Made by a program: the position numbers and the translations under genes. A DNA stretch of 64,000 nt from Eledone cirrhosa (taxonomy: Eukaryota), in NCBI GenBank assembly GCA_964016885.1, contig OZ024754.1, forward strand, positions 39,804,001 to 39,868,000. The letters run 5' to 3'. Shown piece by piece: positions 47,249 through 58,800 of this stretch (position 1 is the stretch's first letter; each line of letters starts with the position of its first letter). The notes below the pieces were generated by a model. The model made no database searches. It had not been told where the DNA came from and saw nothing but the letters and a program-made list of their open reading frames with translations.

Positions 47249-47445
47249 TGTTATAATATTGCCAGAAATAATAATAAAACACACTCACTGTTTGGTTTGG
47301 ATTGGTTTTCACTTCTGTATATTTTATATCAATAAACATTGATTGCCAGATAAATTAACTCTGGAGATATAAAAGATACAGAAGCGAAAACCAACCCCAA
47401 CCAAACAGTGAGTGTGTTCTGTTATTATTTTTGGCAATATAACAA
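47249..47445. mobile_element. Foldback MITE with ~70-bp imperfect inverted arms
   Basis: ATATTGCCAGAAATAATAATAAAACACACTCACTGTTTGGTT / AACCAAACAGTGAGTGTGTTCTGTTATTATTTTTGGCAATAT; a single arm recurs at about 14810-14930. Confidence 0.6.
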
Positions 47446-47577
47446 TATATGTATATATATTAAATTAAATATAATATATTAAATAAAATATGTAAAGGGT
47501 AAACAGAAATAACAACACAATCGGTACAGTATGTGGAAGGTATAATTAGGTTAACGCTTGAAATAGCAGGAAGAGGG

Positions 47578-47613
47578 TCTTAACGTTTCGGATGCTAGTC
47601 CTTCATCAGAAGA
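47578..47613 (-). ncRNA. Minimal type I hammerhead ribozyme motif
   Basis: Minus strand UCUU-CUGAUGA-A-GGA-CUAGCA-UCC-GAAACGUU-AAGA; palindromic AACGUU in place of stem III, as in dimeric minimal hammerheads of Penelope-like elements. Confidence 0.6.
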
Positions 47614-47826
47614 AAGAATGAGAAATAAAATAGATTGAGGGGATGGGATTGGAAAAAATATCTTTAAATAAAAATAACAGGTCCATTCATGTTGATATAT
47701 ATATATGTGTGTGTGAATATATGAAGGTAGAGAGAGAGGGTGATGTTGGATGATGTATTTTTAAGCAATATTCAGTTTTCATTTCTAAATTTCTAATTTC
47801 AGAGTGCTAAATTGTTAATAATAATA

Positions 47827-49341
47827 ATGAAGGGCTTTTTCATCACTATATTTGCTCTCTGTACTGCTATCTCTCTACAGGCAGTTAATGGTGAAAATAT
47901 ATTGTTCATAACATTCCCTTTCTTTAGTCATGTAAATCCAATGATTTCCATAGCAAAGGAATTACTAAAATATGGACATAAATCCTATTTCCCTCTTACT
48001 AGAGAACTAACTGAAACTTTCCATAATGAAGAAAATATAAATTTTATGCCAATGGAGGATTTCTCGGAAATAGATCAAATGCGAAATGAAATGGAGCAGT
48101 TTGAGACATGGAAAGACTTTCAAGTTTTATTAAACGATCTGAAACTGTTTCCAAAAATGTGTGATAAATTGTTACTGAATACAAAATGGATTGAATCTTT
48201 GAAAGCCGTCAATGCCAGTTTAGTTGTCGCCAATGGATTATATATGAGTACTTGTGTTTCAATAATTCCTTATCAACTGTCCATACCATTTGTTCTCCTA
48301 GGAGCTGATATTCTTCCCAGTATTCATCGCATTCCATGGCTCCCAAATATTTTCCCAAATATTTATGCAGGATTCCCAGAAAAGATGACATATTCACAAA
48401 AGATAATAAGTACTTTGTGTTCTATTATAGACTACAGTATTCCTCCCATTGGATCACCTTCATACAGTGTAAAAACTTATGCTAAAGACAAGCCTGATAT
48501 TTCTTTTACAGATTTACTACATCAAGCACAACTTTTCCTATTTGATAAAGATGTACTTTTAGATTATCCCCAACCACAACTTCCAAACGTAAAATATGTT
48601 GGAGGTCTTGCTACAAAAAATTCGTTACCTTTGAAGGGAGAATTACTGGAATTTGTAAATGCTTCTAAGAATGGAATAGTTCTTGTATCGTTTGGCAGTA
48701 ATATCAATGATTTCCCTACATCCCAATTAGAAAAACTACAAACTGCTTTTAAACAAATAAAATATGATGTTGTGTGGAGACAGAAGAAAACATCATTTTC
48801 TCATAAGAATATTTATATCAGTAACTGGATACCACAAAATGACCTGCTTGGACATCCAAAAACTAAATTGTTTGTTACTCACTGTGGAAATAGTGGTCAG
48901 TTTGAAGCTTTGTTCCATGGTGTACCAATGCTAGGAATTCCTTTATCTGCAGACCAATATCATAATGCACACAGAGTGATCGACAAAGGATATGGTCTTT
49001 CTCTTGACATATTAAACTTCACTCCCGAGGAATTAATAGAGAAATTAAATGAATTGATTGAAAATGATGAATATTCTAAGAACATTAAACAAGCTAGTGA
49101 AATATTTCACTCTCGTCCTGAACGTCCAGCAAAGAAATCAGCTCGTCATATTGATCATATTTTAAAGTATGGTGGAACATATCTAAAATCTCCATGTCAA
49201 GAGAGTCCATTGTATGAATTTCTCATGATCGATGTGTTGGTTCCTATATTTGCAGTAACATTACTTTTGATATATTTCATATATTTGATTGGAAAAAAAT
49301 GTTTATCTGTTTGTTGTAAGAAGAAAACCAAAACTGATTAA
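47827..49341 (+). CDS. UDP-glucuronosyl/glycosyltransferase (GT1 family, UGT), intronless CDS, 504 aa
   Basis: ATG at 47827 after a splice acceptor (ttcag ending 47802); signal peptide MKGFFITIFALCTAISLQAVNG; catalytic His in FSH; UGT signature WIPQNDLLGHPKTKLFVTHCGNSGQFEALFHGVPMLGIPLSADQ; C-terminal TM helix; ER-retrieval KKKTKTD*. Confidence 0.96.
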   Translation: MKGFFITIFALCTAISLQAVNGENILFITFPFFSHVNPMISIAKELLKYGHKSYFPLTRELTETFHNEENINFMPMEDFSEIDQMRNEMEQFETWKDFQVLLNDLKLFPKMCDKLLLNTKWIESLKAVNASLVVANGLYMSTCVSIIPYQLSIPFVLLGADILPSIHRIPWLPNIFPNIYAGFPEKMTYSQKIISTLCSIIDYSIPPIGSPSYSVKTYAKDKPDISFTDLLHQAQLFLFDKDVLLDYPQPQLPNVKYVGGLATKNSLPLKGELLEFVNASKNGIVLVSFGSNINDFPTSQLEKLQTAFKQIKYDVVWRQKKTSFSHKNIYISNWIPQNDLLGHPKTKLFVTHCGNSGQFEALFHGVPMLGIPLSADQYHNAHRVIDKGYGLSLDILNFTPEELIEKLNELIENDEYSKNIKQASEIFHSRPERPAKKSARHIDHILKYGGTYLKSPCQESPLYEFLMIDVLVPIFAVTLLLIYFIYLIGKKCLSVCCKKKTKTD

Positions 49342-52228
49342 AATAATTTCTTTGTTAATCCCTGAGGTGGAAAATAAATTATTTGTATTGTATTGTTTTA
49401 TGTAAATGTCGTTTTATGGCCCCAACATGATAGAAAGGGTAGTATAATAGAAATTATACGGGATTTCTTCGGCCATCTTCCATGCGCATCACATGGCCAT
49501 ATCAACGCAATCTTCTCTCCTGCATACTTCAATTCGTCCCTCTTATACACAGTTTCACTCTCAACACGTCCTTGCTTAGTCATTCACGTACATTGACATT
49601 GTACATTCATCGGAGCATGCTTCCAGCCTTCGCTGGCTCAAGAAATGAAGATGGAGTGAGGTTCTTGGAATTCTGTGGTGCACATGAACTAACTATGCAT
49701 AGTTAATCAGGTAATAGAAGTTATAGAAATAGGCTGTGTTCTGACCTGGAGAGAGAGGATAGGTTCTGCCAGGTTTTTATAACTGCCCAAGACATACTAT
49801 CTGGGCAATGAAATATCTGAGATCCCAGTCAAGCTTATATCAGAGCAAGAAACTCAAATTAGGATAGCTGTATCAAAGATCCTCATTCATCAAAAGCCAA
49901 CCAGAGAAGGAAGGCTAAGCACAGTATAGGAATAGTGATGTTTGTGACTTTCAGCATAGCCACAGCATGCTAGCTAGAACAGGTAAAAGACTAAAAATGT
50001 GAAATAGTATTAAAAAACAAAACAAAAAAAATACACTTCATTATAGAAAAAAATTTGTATTTTTTATTCATTTTGAAATTTTTGTACAACATTTGTATGG
50101 AATAATAAATAATTGTTTCAAATTTAAGTTTTAGGGGAAGAGGAAAGTTGATTGTATCGATTGGTATTTTATTTTATCAATCACAGAATGATGAAATCTA
50201 AAGTTCATTTTGGGAGGAATGAAAAGAGACAGACCAAATGCTGTCAAGTATTTAATCAACTTGTTAGAGAATTCTTCACGGTGTTTGTAATTAAATAATA
50301 AATATTACCTTTGCTTTGTTTTTTGCTTTACCCATCTTACTAATTTCAAAGAATCAAAAGAAAAAGTAAGTTGCTCCTAATTATTGATAAGAGTAATGTA
50401 GTATATTACCTCCCCTTAATCTAGGCACAAAAACCCCAATAAAATATAGCATATCACCTCTACTTCCTAGAGTCCAGAAACCCATTACAGAGTCATAAGG
50501 GGCTCCGTATTGACATACAGCGTTTCTTGGGTATTTTAAGCCTGATGGAGCCCATCCCTCTCCAGGTCTGAATACAGCAGATTTCTTCCAGAGAAGGATA
50601 GACAATGAGAGAGAGAGAGAGAGATAGAGGAAGAATCAACCTCAGTACGAGACTGGTACTATTTGCAGAGAGCCAGAATGACTACCATAAAGCATTCTAT
50701 CTGATGTTCTAACGACTCTGCCGATTAATTGCCTATCACCTCTACTTACCTAGTAACAAAAAAAACAGTAAAATAGCAAATACCTCCAATTACATCAGGA
50801 CAAGAAACTAAAGTAGTGGTGGTGGGGTTTTGTGGTAATAGTTGTGGCGGTGACAGTAGTGTTTGTGGTGGTGATGGTGGTAGTAGTGGTGGTGGCAATT
50901 GAATCAATGGTTATGCTGGTGGTGGTAGTAATTATACTGACTCCAGTATTTTACTGGTATTTGATTTTATCGACATCTGACCTTGGTGTGATTTGAAACC
51001 AGAATATAAAATGCCAAAGCAAAACACTACAATGTATTTCATCCAACATAATTCAGCCAATTGACTTGCCTCTCAGAAATAAAGATAATGACAATAAGAA
51101 TTACTAAAAGGCCAGTTAACCCTTTAGCATTTGCATTACTTTATATTTTCTATTGTATTTTCGCAGTAAAGGCTATGTTACATAATTATCTTATAACATT
51201 CACGTTACTCTATATTTACTATCGTATTTTCACAGTAAAGGGTTTATCTTACATAATTATCTTACATATCGAATCTATGAGATTTTGATATTCATTTTGA
51301 GAAGAATACCTTAACATCAGTATGAATGGCTGATTACAGCCAATTCGAACAGAAAGAGATGAGAGAATTCTGGCCAATAAACGTGGTTGGTGTTAGGAAG
51401 GGCATCCAGCCGTAGACAACCTACCAGACAGTCCCATACGAGTGAGACGACCAATCTTGCCTCAAGTGGAACAATTCCCGTCTAAACCCATGCTAGCGTG
51501 GAAGATAGACGTTAAACGATGATGATGATGATGATGATGATGATGATACGGTTGGTTTAAATGCTAAAGAGTTAATCTTATTCATAAACCCAAGTATGTC
51601 AGCTTAAGTATCAATTAGCTCCCTTGTTTCTTTGTATTACTGTTTCTGTACATAAATTATATCTAACCTTTTCAATACAAAACTATCCTAGGTTCTATTA
51701 TACTAAGCTATTTATTTTAACATGTTTATATTTCTCTAAAAACCACCAATCAAAATATCATATAAGAGCACCAGCTTCTTAATAAGAAAGTTGTTTAAAT
51801 CCCTCTAAATTCTTAATTATTTTCAAAATTATTTGAAAATCAGAGGCAGTGTCTTTCATGAGAAATATTGTAATGAAAGGGTTAAAGTTTTTATATTTAT
51901 CTAAAATCTTTTACTAAATTCTTTCAAATCCTTGATTATTTTCAAAGTAATTTGAAAATTGTAAGTAATGTTTTTCATTAGAAATATAGTAACGAAAAAG
52001 TTAACATTCTCTAAACAACAATAACAACTATTTAAAGACTCCCTAAGATATTACAGATAATAATTAATTATATTTACTCACTAATTTAATGAATGGTCCC
52101 CTTCAATATGAAGAATGCTGGTCAACGCAGTAACACTGAGAAGCATTCTTGATGCAAATATAATAATGGTATATCTTGCATGGAAGAAGATGGACGTTAA
52201 ATGATAATGATGATGATGATTATCGTTA

Positions 52229-52366
52229 TTATTTCCATGAATAAAACTTCTTAAAATTCCACCGTTGTGTCATCCTGTGAGCATCACAGTCATTGAGGTT
52301 AAGTTTAGAGTTTGATCCTACATCCACACATTTTTGGAACTGTTTGTTTAAAATTTGTTTTGTATC
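52229..52366 (-). CDS. GALNT7: GalNAc-T last exon (lectin gamma)
   Basis: [45 protein letters not shown]. Confidence 0.9.
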   Translation of the reverse strand, partial: DTKQILNKQFQKCVDVGSNSKLNLNDCDAHRMTQRWNFKKFYSWK

Positions 52367-55235
52367 CTGTGAGAAAATAAAGCAAAGACATTGAATTGAT
52401 GGAATTGGTAAATAACATGAAGAAAGGGTAAAGTTATTTAGCATGGGTCACTGTCTTACATTGTTTGAAAGTGAGCCATATTTTAATGAAGAAAAGTCAT
52501 AGATGAAAACCAATAATTATAAAATATTAGGTTGTAACACAAATTCCCGCCGTTTTTTATATTAAACAAGTTATAACAACGGCGGGAATTTATGTTACAC
52601 AACCTTGACATAGAATGTGAGATCTTTGGAGAAATAATGGTTTCTGGTTTTGTCACAACAAAGGCAACAATTTTTTGGGGAAGGGAAAATTGATTAAATC
52701 GACCCCATTGCATTACTGGTGCTTTATTTTATTGGCTCCGTAAGGATGAAAAACAAAGCTAACCCCAGCAGGATTTGAACTGCGGACATAACTATATGCC
52801 ACAAAAGCTTTAACAAAACTGTCCTTGAAACAATAGAAATAGGATATTTGGAGAAGTGTGAGATATAGAATGTGAGATATTTGGAGAAATATTAGATATA
52901 GAATGTGAGATATTTGGAGAAATATTAGATATAGAATGTAAGATATTTGGAGAAGTGTGAGATATTTGGAGAAGTGTGAGATATAGAATGTGAGATATTT
53001 GGAGAAATATTAGATATAGAATGTGAGATATTTGGAGAAATATTAGATATAGAATGTGAGATATTTGGAGAAATATTAGATATAGAATGTAAGATATTTG
53101 GAGAAGTGTGAGATATTTGGAGAAGTGTGAGATATAGAATGTGAGATATTTGGAGAAATATTAGATATAGAATGTGAGATATTTGGAGAAATATTAGATA
53201 TAGAATGTGAGATATTTGGAGAAATATTAGATATAGAATGTGAGATATTTGGAGAAATATTAAATATAGAATGTGAGATATTTGGAGAAATATTAGATAT
53301 AGAATGTGAGATATTTGGAGAAATATTAGATATAGAATGTGAGATATTTGGAGAAATATTAGATATAGAATGTGAGGTATTTGGAGAAATATTCGATATA
53401 AAATGTGGTGAAAGAATTAAAAAGATTTTGTAAAGAAGTTTTAGCCATATTGGTGAAATGAATCCTTTTTAATGAGAGCACAATCCCACTATTAGCATTT
53501 TGGTGTAGGACATGTTTTAGTACAGTGGTGTAATGTTAGAAATACAGTAAGAAAAGTGTTAAAAATATCCTAACCTGTTGATATGACCAGTTACCATTAG
53601 GTAGAACTGAACACATTTGGATATATAAGGTCTCACCGCCAGATTCAATGCAGCGTTCATCACTCGACAGTTGACCTTTCACATTTAACTGAAATAACTG
53701 TAAAAGTTAAAAAAATGTTATTGTTATAATCTGTTTAACTCTTTAGCATTTACATTACTCTATATTTACTATTGTATTTTCATGGTAAAGGCTTTACCTC
53801 ACATAATATCACATATAATATCTCACATAACATTTACATTACTCTATATCTACTATTGCATTTTCATGGTAAAGGCTTTACCTCACATAATATCACATAT
53901 AATATCTCACATAACATTTACATTACTCTATATCTACTATTGTATTTTCATGGTAAAGGCTTTATCTTACATAATATCACATATAATATCTCACATAACA
54001 TTTACATTACTCTATATCTACTATTGTATTTTCATGGTAAAGGCTTTATCTTACATAATATCACATATAATATCTCACATAACATTTACATTACTCTATA
54101 TCTACTATTGTATTTTCATGGTAAAGGCTTTATCTTACAGCTCCCATGACTTTCGGAAACACTTCTTCACACTCAGAGTTGCTGAAGCATGAAACAAACT
54201 ACCTGCATCAGTTATTAGCTGCCGACACACTGCATCCTTTAAAACCTCCATGCTTCTTGAAATTCGCCAACACTATACCTGATATCCCACCCACTCCATA
54301 CACACATGTATATCATGACACTGTTCACTTTCCTGACATTTGAACATTATTCTATGTACTATACATGCACCTTTGATGAGTTGTAGTGCACCTGAACACT
54401 GTACACAATTTCATTATAATTATTAAAACTGGGAGACCAAGGAGACCAAAGGTCTTGATGGCGACTGGCATCAAAAGGAAGTAGTTTGCAAAGTCCCACT
54501 TTTTAGCAATTAAAGTGTATATAGACTCCTTTTTACCTGGGCTCCGCCTAAGTGATGGCAATTTCTGATACCAATAGTTCCACCTTCAATATTGGACCCA
54601 TCAGTATCAATACAATTGGTAGTGTTTTCAAGTATTACCTAAATAAGAAGAAGGGAGTTAAGAAACTTGTTCAAGAACGTATTACAACAGAAGTGACACA
54701 CAAACCAGACATGTAGCAGTTCAGCTGACCCCAACACCCCCCAAAAAGTAGTCTATGTACTCACTTGACTTGCTAGAAATAGCAGCCAAACCTCCTGTAA
54801 CCCTTTAGCATTTACATTACTCTATATATACTATTGTATTTTTTAGGTAAAGGCTTTATCTTACATAATATTGAATCTATGAGATTTTGTTATTATTTAT
54901 TTTGAGAACAATACCTTAACATCAGTATGAGCAGCCAGTTACAGCCGGTTTGAACAGAAAGAAGTGAGAGAATTCTGGCCGGATACGGCTGGTTTAATTG
55001 CTAAAGAGTTAAATCACACACATACTTCAGTATCTACTTTAAAAAAGGTGTAGGTATGATTGTGTGCTTAAGGGGTCTCCCACACAACCTCATGGTTTCA
55101 GCTCCTGTCCCATTGTATGACACCTTAAGCAAGTATCTTCTACTATACCTTTAGGTTGACCAATGTCTTATGAGTAAAATAGATGGTAACCGCAGAAGCC
55201 TCTAGTGTGTGTGTGCGTGCGCGCATGCGTGCGTG

Positions 55236-55278
<43 letters not shown>

Positions 55279-55819
55279 ATATATAATGAAAGAGTGAAGA
55301 ATAACATGGTCGGCTGTACAAAAAGGGTTTTATTTACAGTATTAACAATTGTTTTCCGATGATTTGATCAGAGACACACACTATTTAAGGTCAAGTGACG
55401 CAATTTCGAGTGATTACCGGCTTTTAGACTCACCTGATCAATGAAACAATTGTTAATGCTGTAAATAAAACCCTTTTTGTACAGCCGACCATGTTATTCT
55501 TCACTCTTTCACTACTATTACTCCAAGAATGACCTGCATGGGAATTCTCACAAACTCGCTACCTAACTAAGGAAACCTCTTGTTGAGTCAAACAACGCCG
55601 TACGTTAAAACTATCCATAGTACAGAGTACTCACAACCTCTAAATGGATTACCTAAAACGATAACTTGTTATCCCATATATATATATATATATCAAATGA
55701 AAAAACAGAGTTAAAGACTTGCATTAATCCCCTGTAATTTAATGAGCAAAGAAGTTATGGCACCAACTCTGTTTATGGCGAAACATTCTCTTCTTTGAAT
55801 TTGTCCAGGTTTTTTATAG

Positions 55820-55850
<31 letters not shown>

Positions 55851-58800
55851 AATCTATATATATAAAGTTGTAGTTCCCGTCTGTTTGTTTGTTTGTTCAC
55901 GAACTCCTCCTATGGTTTTGAAGATAGACCCCCATAACCATATATATTCTGAAACTACATTGCCCAGGATACTTGGATAAGTATATTTCATTTTAATCAA
56001 AGGGTTCCCCGGGGTCATAAACCCTTGCTGAAAATCTTTTCCCTTCGATTTATATGAAATTTAAACCATAGGTAAATGACAAGATATGATGCCTATTTAC
56101 AAAATTTCAGCAAATTTCAATAATATTAAGACACCCTAATGGAGTTTTTCTCCATAAATTATATCACTGATTTAAAATTAATCATCATTTTCTTACAAAA
56201 ATAATGTGTGAAACGCAGCAAGGCACAGGTAATTTGGCTAGTATATATATATATATACATATATATATACACACACATATATATATATATATATATGTGT
56301 GCATGTGTATGTGTGTGTGTGTGTATGTGTATGTGTGTTTGTATGTGTATGTGTGTATGTGTGTATATGTGTGTGTGTATATGTGTGTGTGTTTGTGTGT
56401 GTGTTGACATTTGTAACAGTATTTGTCAAGTAACTTAGAGGTTTGACAAAACGGGATTGATAGAATAAGTAACAGGCTTGAAACAAAATAAGGCCTGGGG
56501 TTGATATGACCAACTAAACTCCTTTAAGGCACTGCTCAAGCATGGCCAGAATCAGTAATAAAAGAATTATTTGAAAACTCAATCGATATATTTACCTCGC
56601 CCCAGTATTTATTTGGAGGTGGTGGTGGGTATTTATCCAGAACTTCATAAGCCACATTCTCCAGGAACCATTTGAAACTCTTGCAGTTGTGTTCCTTCTT
56701 AAATTCTATTAGTTTGGTAATATTTGTGAGAGGGAATCCTTCAATTGTTGGTTGTCTAGTGTAGAAGTAACTCCGCTGTTCTTTGTCCAACCAAACTTCA
56801 ACAACACGCATGTAATTCTGTGGACAAAACAATGGACAGAACAATGTCAGAATTTCTGGTAGAACTTGTGTTAACAACAAGTAATGATGTAACACTCTAT
56901 TGTGTAATAGCAATTGATGCAACAGCCTCCCATGTAACACTCTATTGTGTAACAGCAATTGATGTAACAGCCTGCTATGTAAAACTCTATTGTGTAACAG
57001 CAATTGATGTAACAGCCTGCTATGTAAAACTCTATTGTGTAACAGCAATTGATGTAACAGCCTGCTATGTAACACTATATTGTGTAACAGCAATTGATGT
57101 AACAGCCTGCTATGTAACACTCTATTGTGTAATAGCAATTGATGTAACAGCCTGCTATGTAACACTCTATTGTGTAATAGCAATTGATGTAACAGCCTGC
57201 TACGTAACACTCTATTGTGTAACAGCAATTGATGTAACAGCCTGCTATGTAAAACTCTATTGTGTAACAGCAATTGATGTAACAGCCTGCTATGTAACAC
57301 TATATTGTGTAACAGCAAGCTACGTAACACTATATTGTGTAACAGCAATTGAGGTAACAGTCTGCTACGTAACACTATATTGTGTAACAGCAATTGATGT
57401 AACAGCCTGCTACATAACACTATATTGTGTAACAACAAGTGAATGTAACAGCTGTCATGTGGCATCATATTGTGTAACAGCAACTGATGTAACAACCTGT
57501 CATGTGACACCCTATTGTGTAACAACAAGTGATGTAACAGCCTGGGTGTAACAACAAGTAGTGTAACAAACTGCCATATAATGTCTTATATGTCTTTTTG
57601 TGTAACAAGTGATGTAACAGCCTGGGTGTAACAACATCTAGTGTAACAAACTGCCATATAATGTCTTATATGTCTTTTTGTGTAACAAGTGATGTAACAG
57701 CCTGGGTGTAACAACAACTAGTGTAACAAACTGCCATATAATGTCTTATATGTCTTTTTGTGTAACAAGTGATGTAACAGCCTGGGTGTAACAACAACTA
57801 GTGTAACAAACTGCCATATAATGTCTTATATGTCTTTTTGTGTAACAAGTGATGTAACAGCCTGGGTGTAACAACAACTAGTGTAACAAACTGCCATATA
57901 ATGTCTTATATGTCTTTTTGTGTAACAAGTGATGTAACAGCCTGGGTGTAACAACAACTAGTGTAACAAACTGCCATATAATGTCTTATATGTCTTTTTG
58001 TGTAACAAGTGATGTAACAGCCTGGGTGTAACAACAACTAGTGTAACAAACTGCCATATAATGTCTTATATGTCTTTTTGTGTAACAAGTGATGTAACAG
58101 CCTGGGTGTAACAACAACTAGTGTAACAAACTGCCATATAATGTCTTATATGTCTTTTTGTGTAACAAGTGATGTAACAGCCTGCTATGTAACAACAACT
58201 AGTGTAACAAACTGCCATATAATGTCTTATATGTCTTTTTATGTAACAAGTGATGTAACAGCCTGGGTGTATCAACATCTAGTGTAACAAACTGCCATAT
58301 AATGTCTTATATGTCTTTTTGTGTAACAAGTGATGTAACAGCCTGGGTGTAACAACAACTAGTGTAACAAACTGCCATATAATGTCTTATATGTCTTTTT
58401 GTGTAACAAGTGATGTAACAGCCTGGGTGTAACAACAACTAGTGTAACAAACTGCCATATAATGTCTTATATGTCTTTTTGTGTAACAAGTGATGTAACA
58501 GCCTGGGTGTAACAACAACTAGTGTAACAAACTGCCATATAATGTCTTATATGTCTTTTTATGTAACAAGTGATGTAACAGCCTGGGTGTATCAACATCT
58601 AGTGTAACAAACTGCCATATAATGTCTTATATGTCTTTTTGTGTAACAAGTGATGTAACAGCCTGGGTGTAACAACAACTAGTGTAACAAACTGCCATAT
58701 AATGTCTTATATGTCTTTTTGTGTAACAAGTGATGTAACAGCCTGCTATGTAACACCATACAGTGTAACACCATTTAATGTAACATCATGTAATGTAAAT

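Noticed and set aside
47812-47826. ORF-track start of the UGT at a TTG
   Set aside because: Eukaryotic gene; the ATG at 47827 directly begins a signal peptide
50535-50585. CTGATGG...GAATAC hammerhead-like string
   Set aside because: Two core mismatches and stem I does not close
53772-54192. Repetitive 125 and 136 aa ORFs
   Set aside because: 81-bp MITE-derived array running into a CR1 fragment
56536-57551. 330-aa His/Leu-repeat ORF fused to GalNAc-T sequence, and a 243-aa opposite-strand ORF
   Set aside because: Only 56596-56817 is exon (acceptor at 56818); the rest is 45-bp satellite read-through
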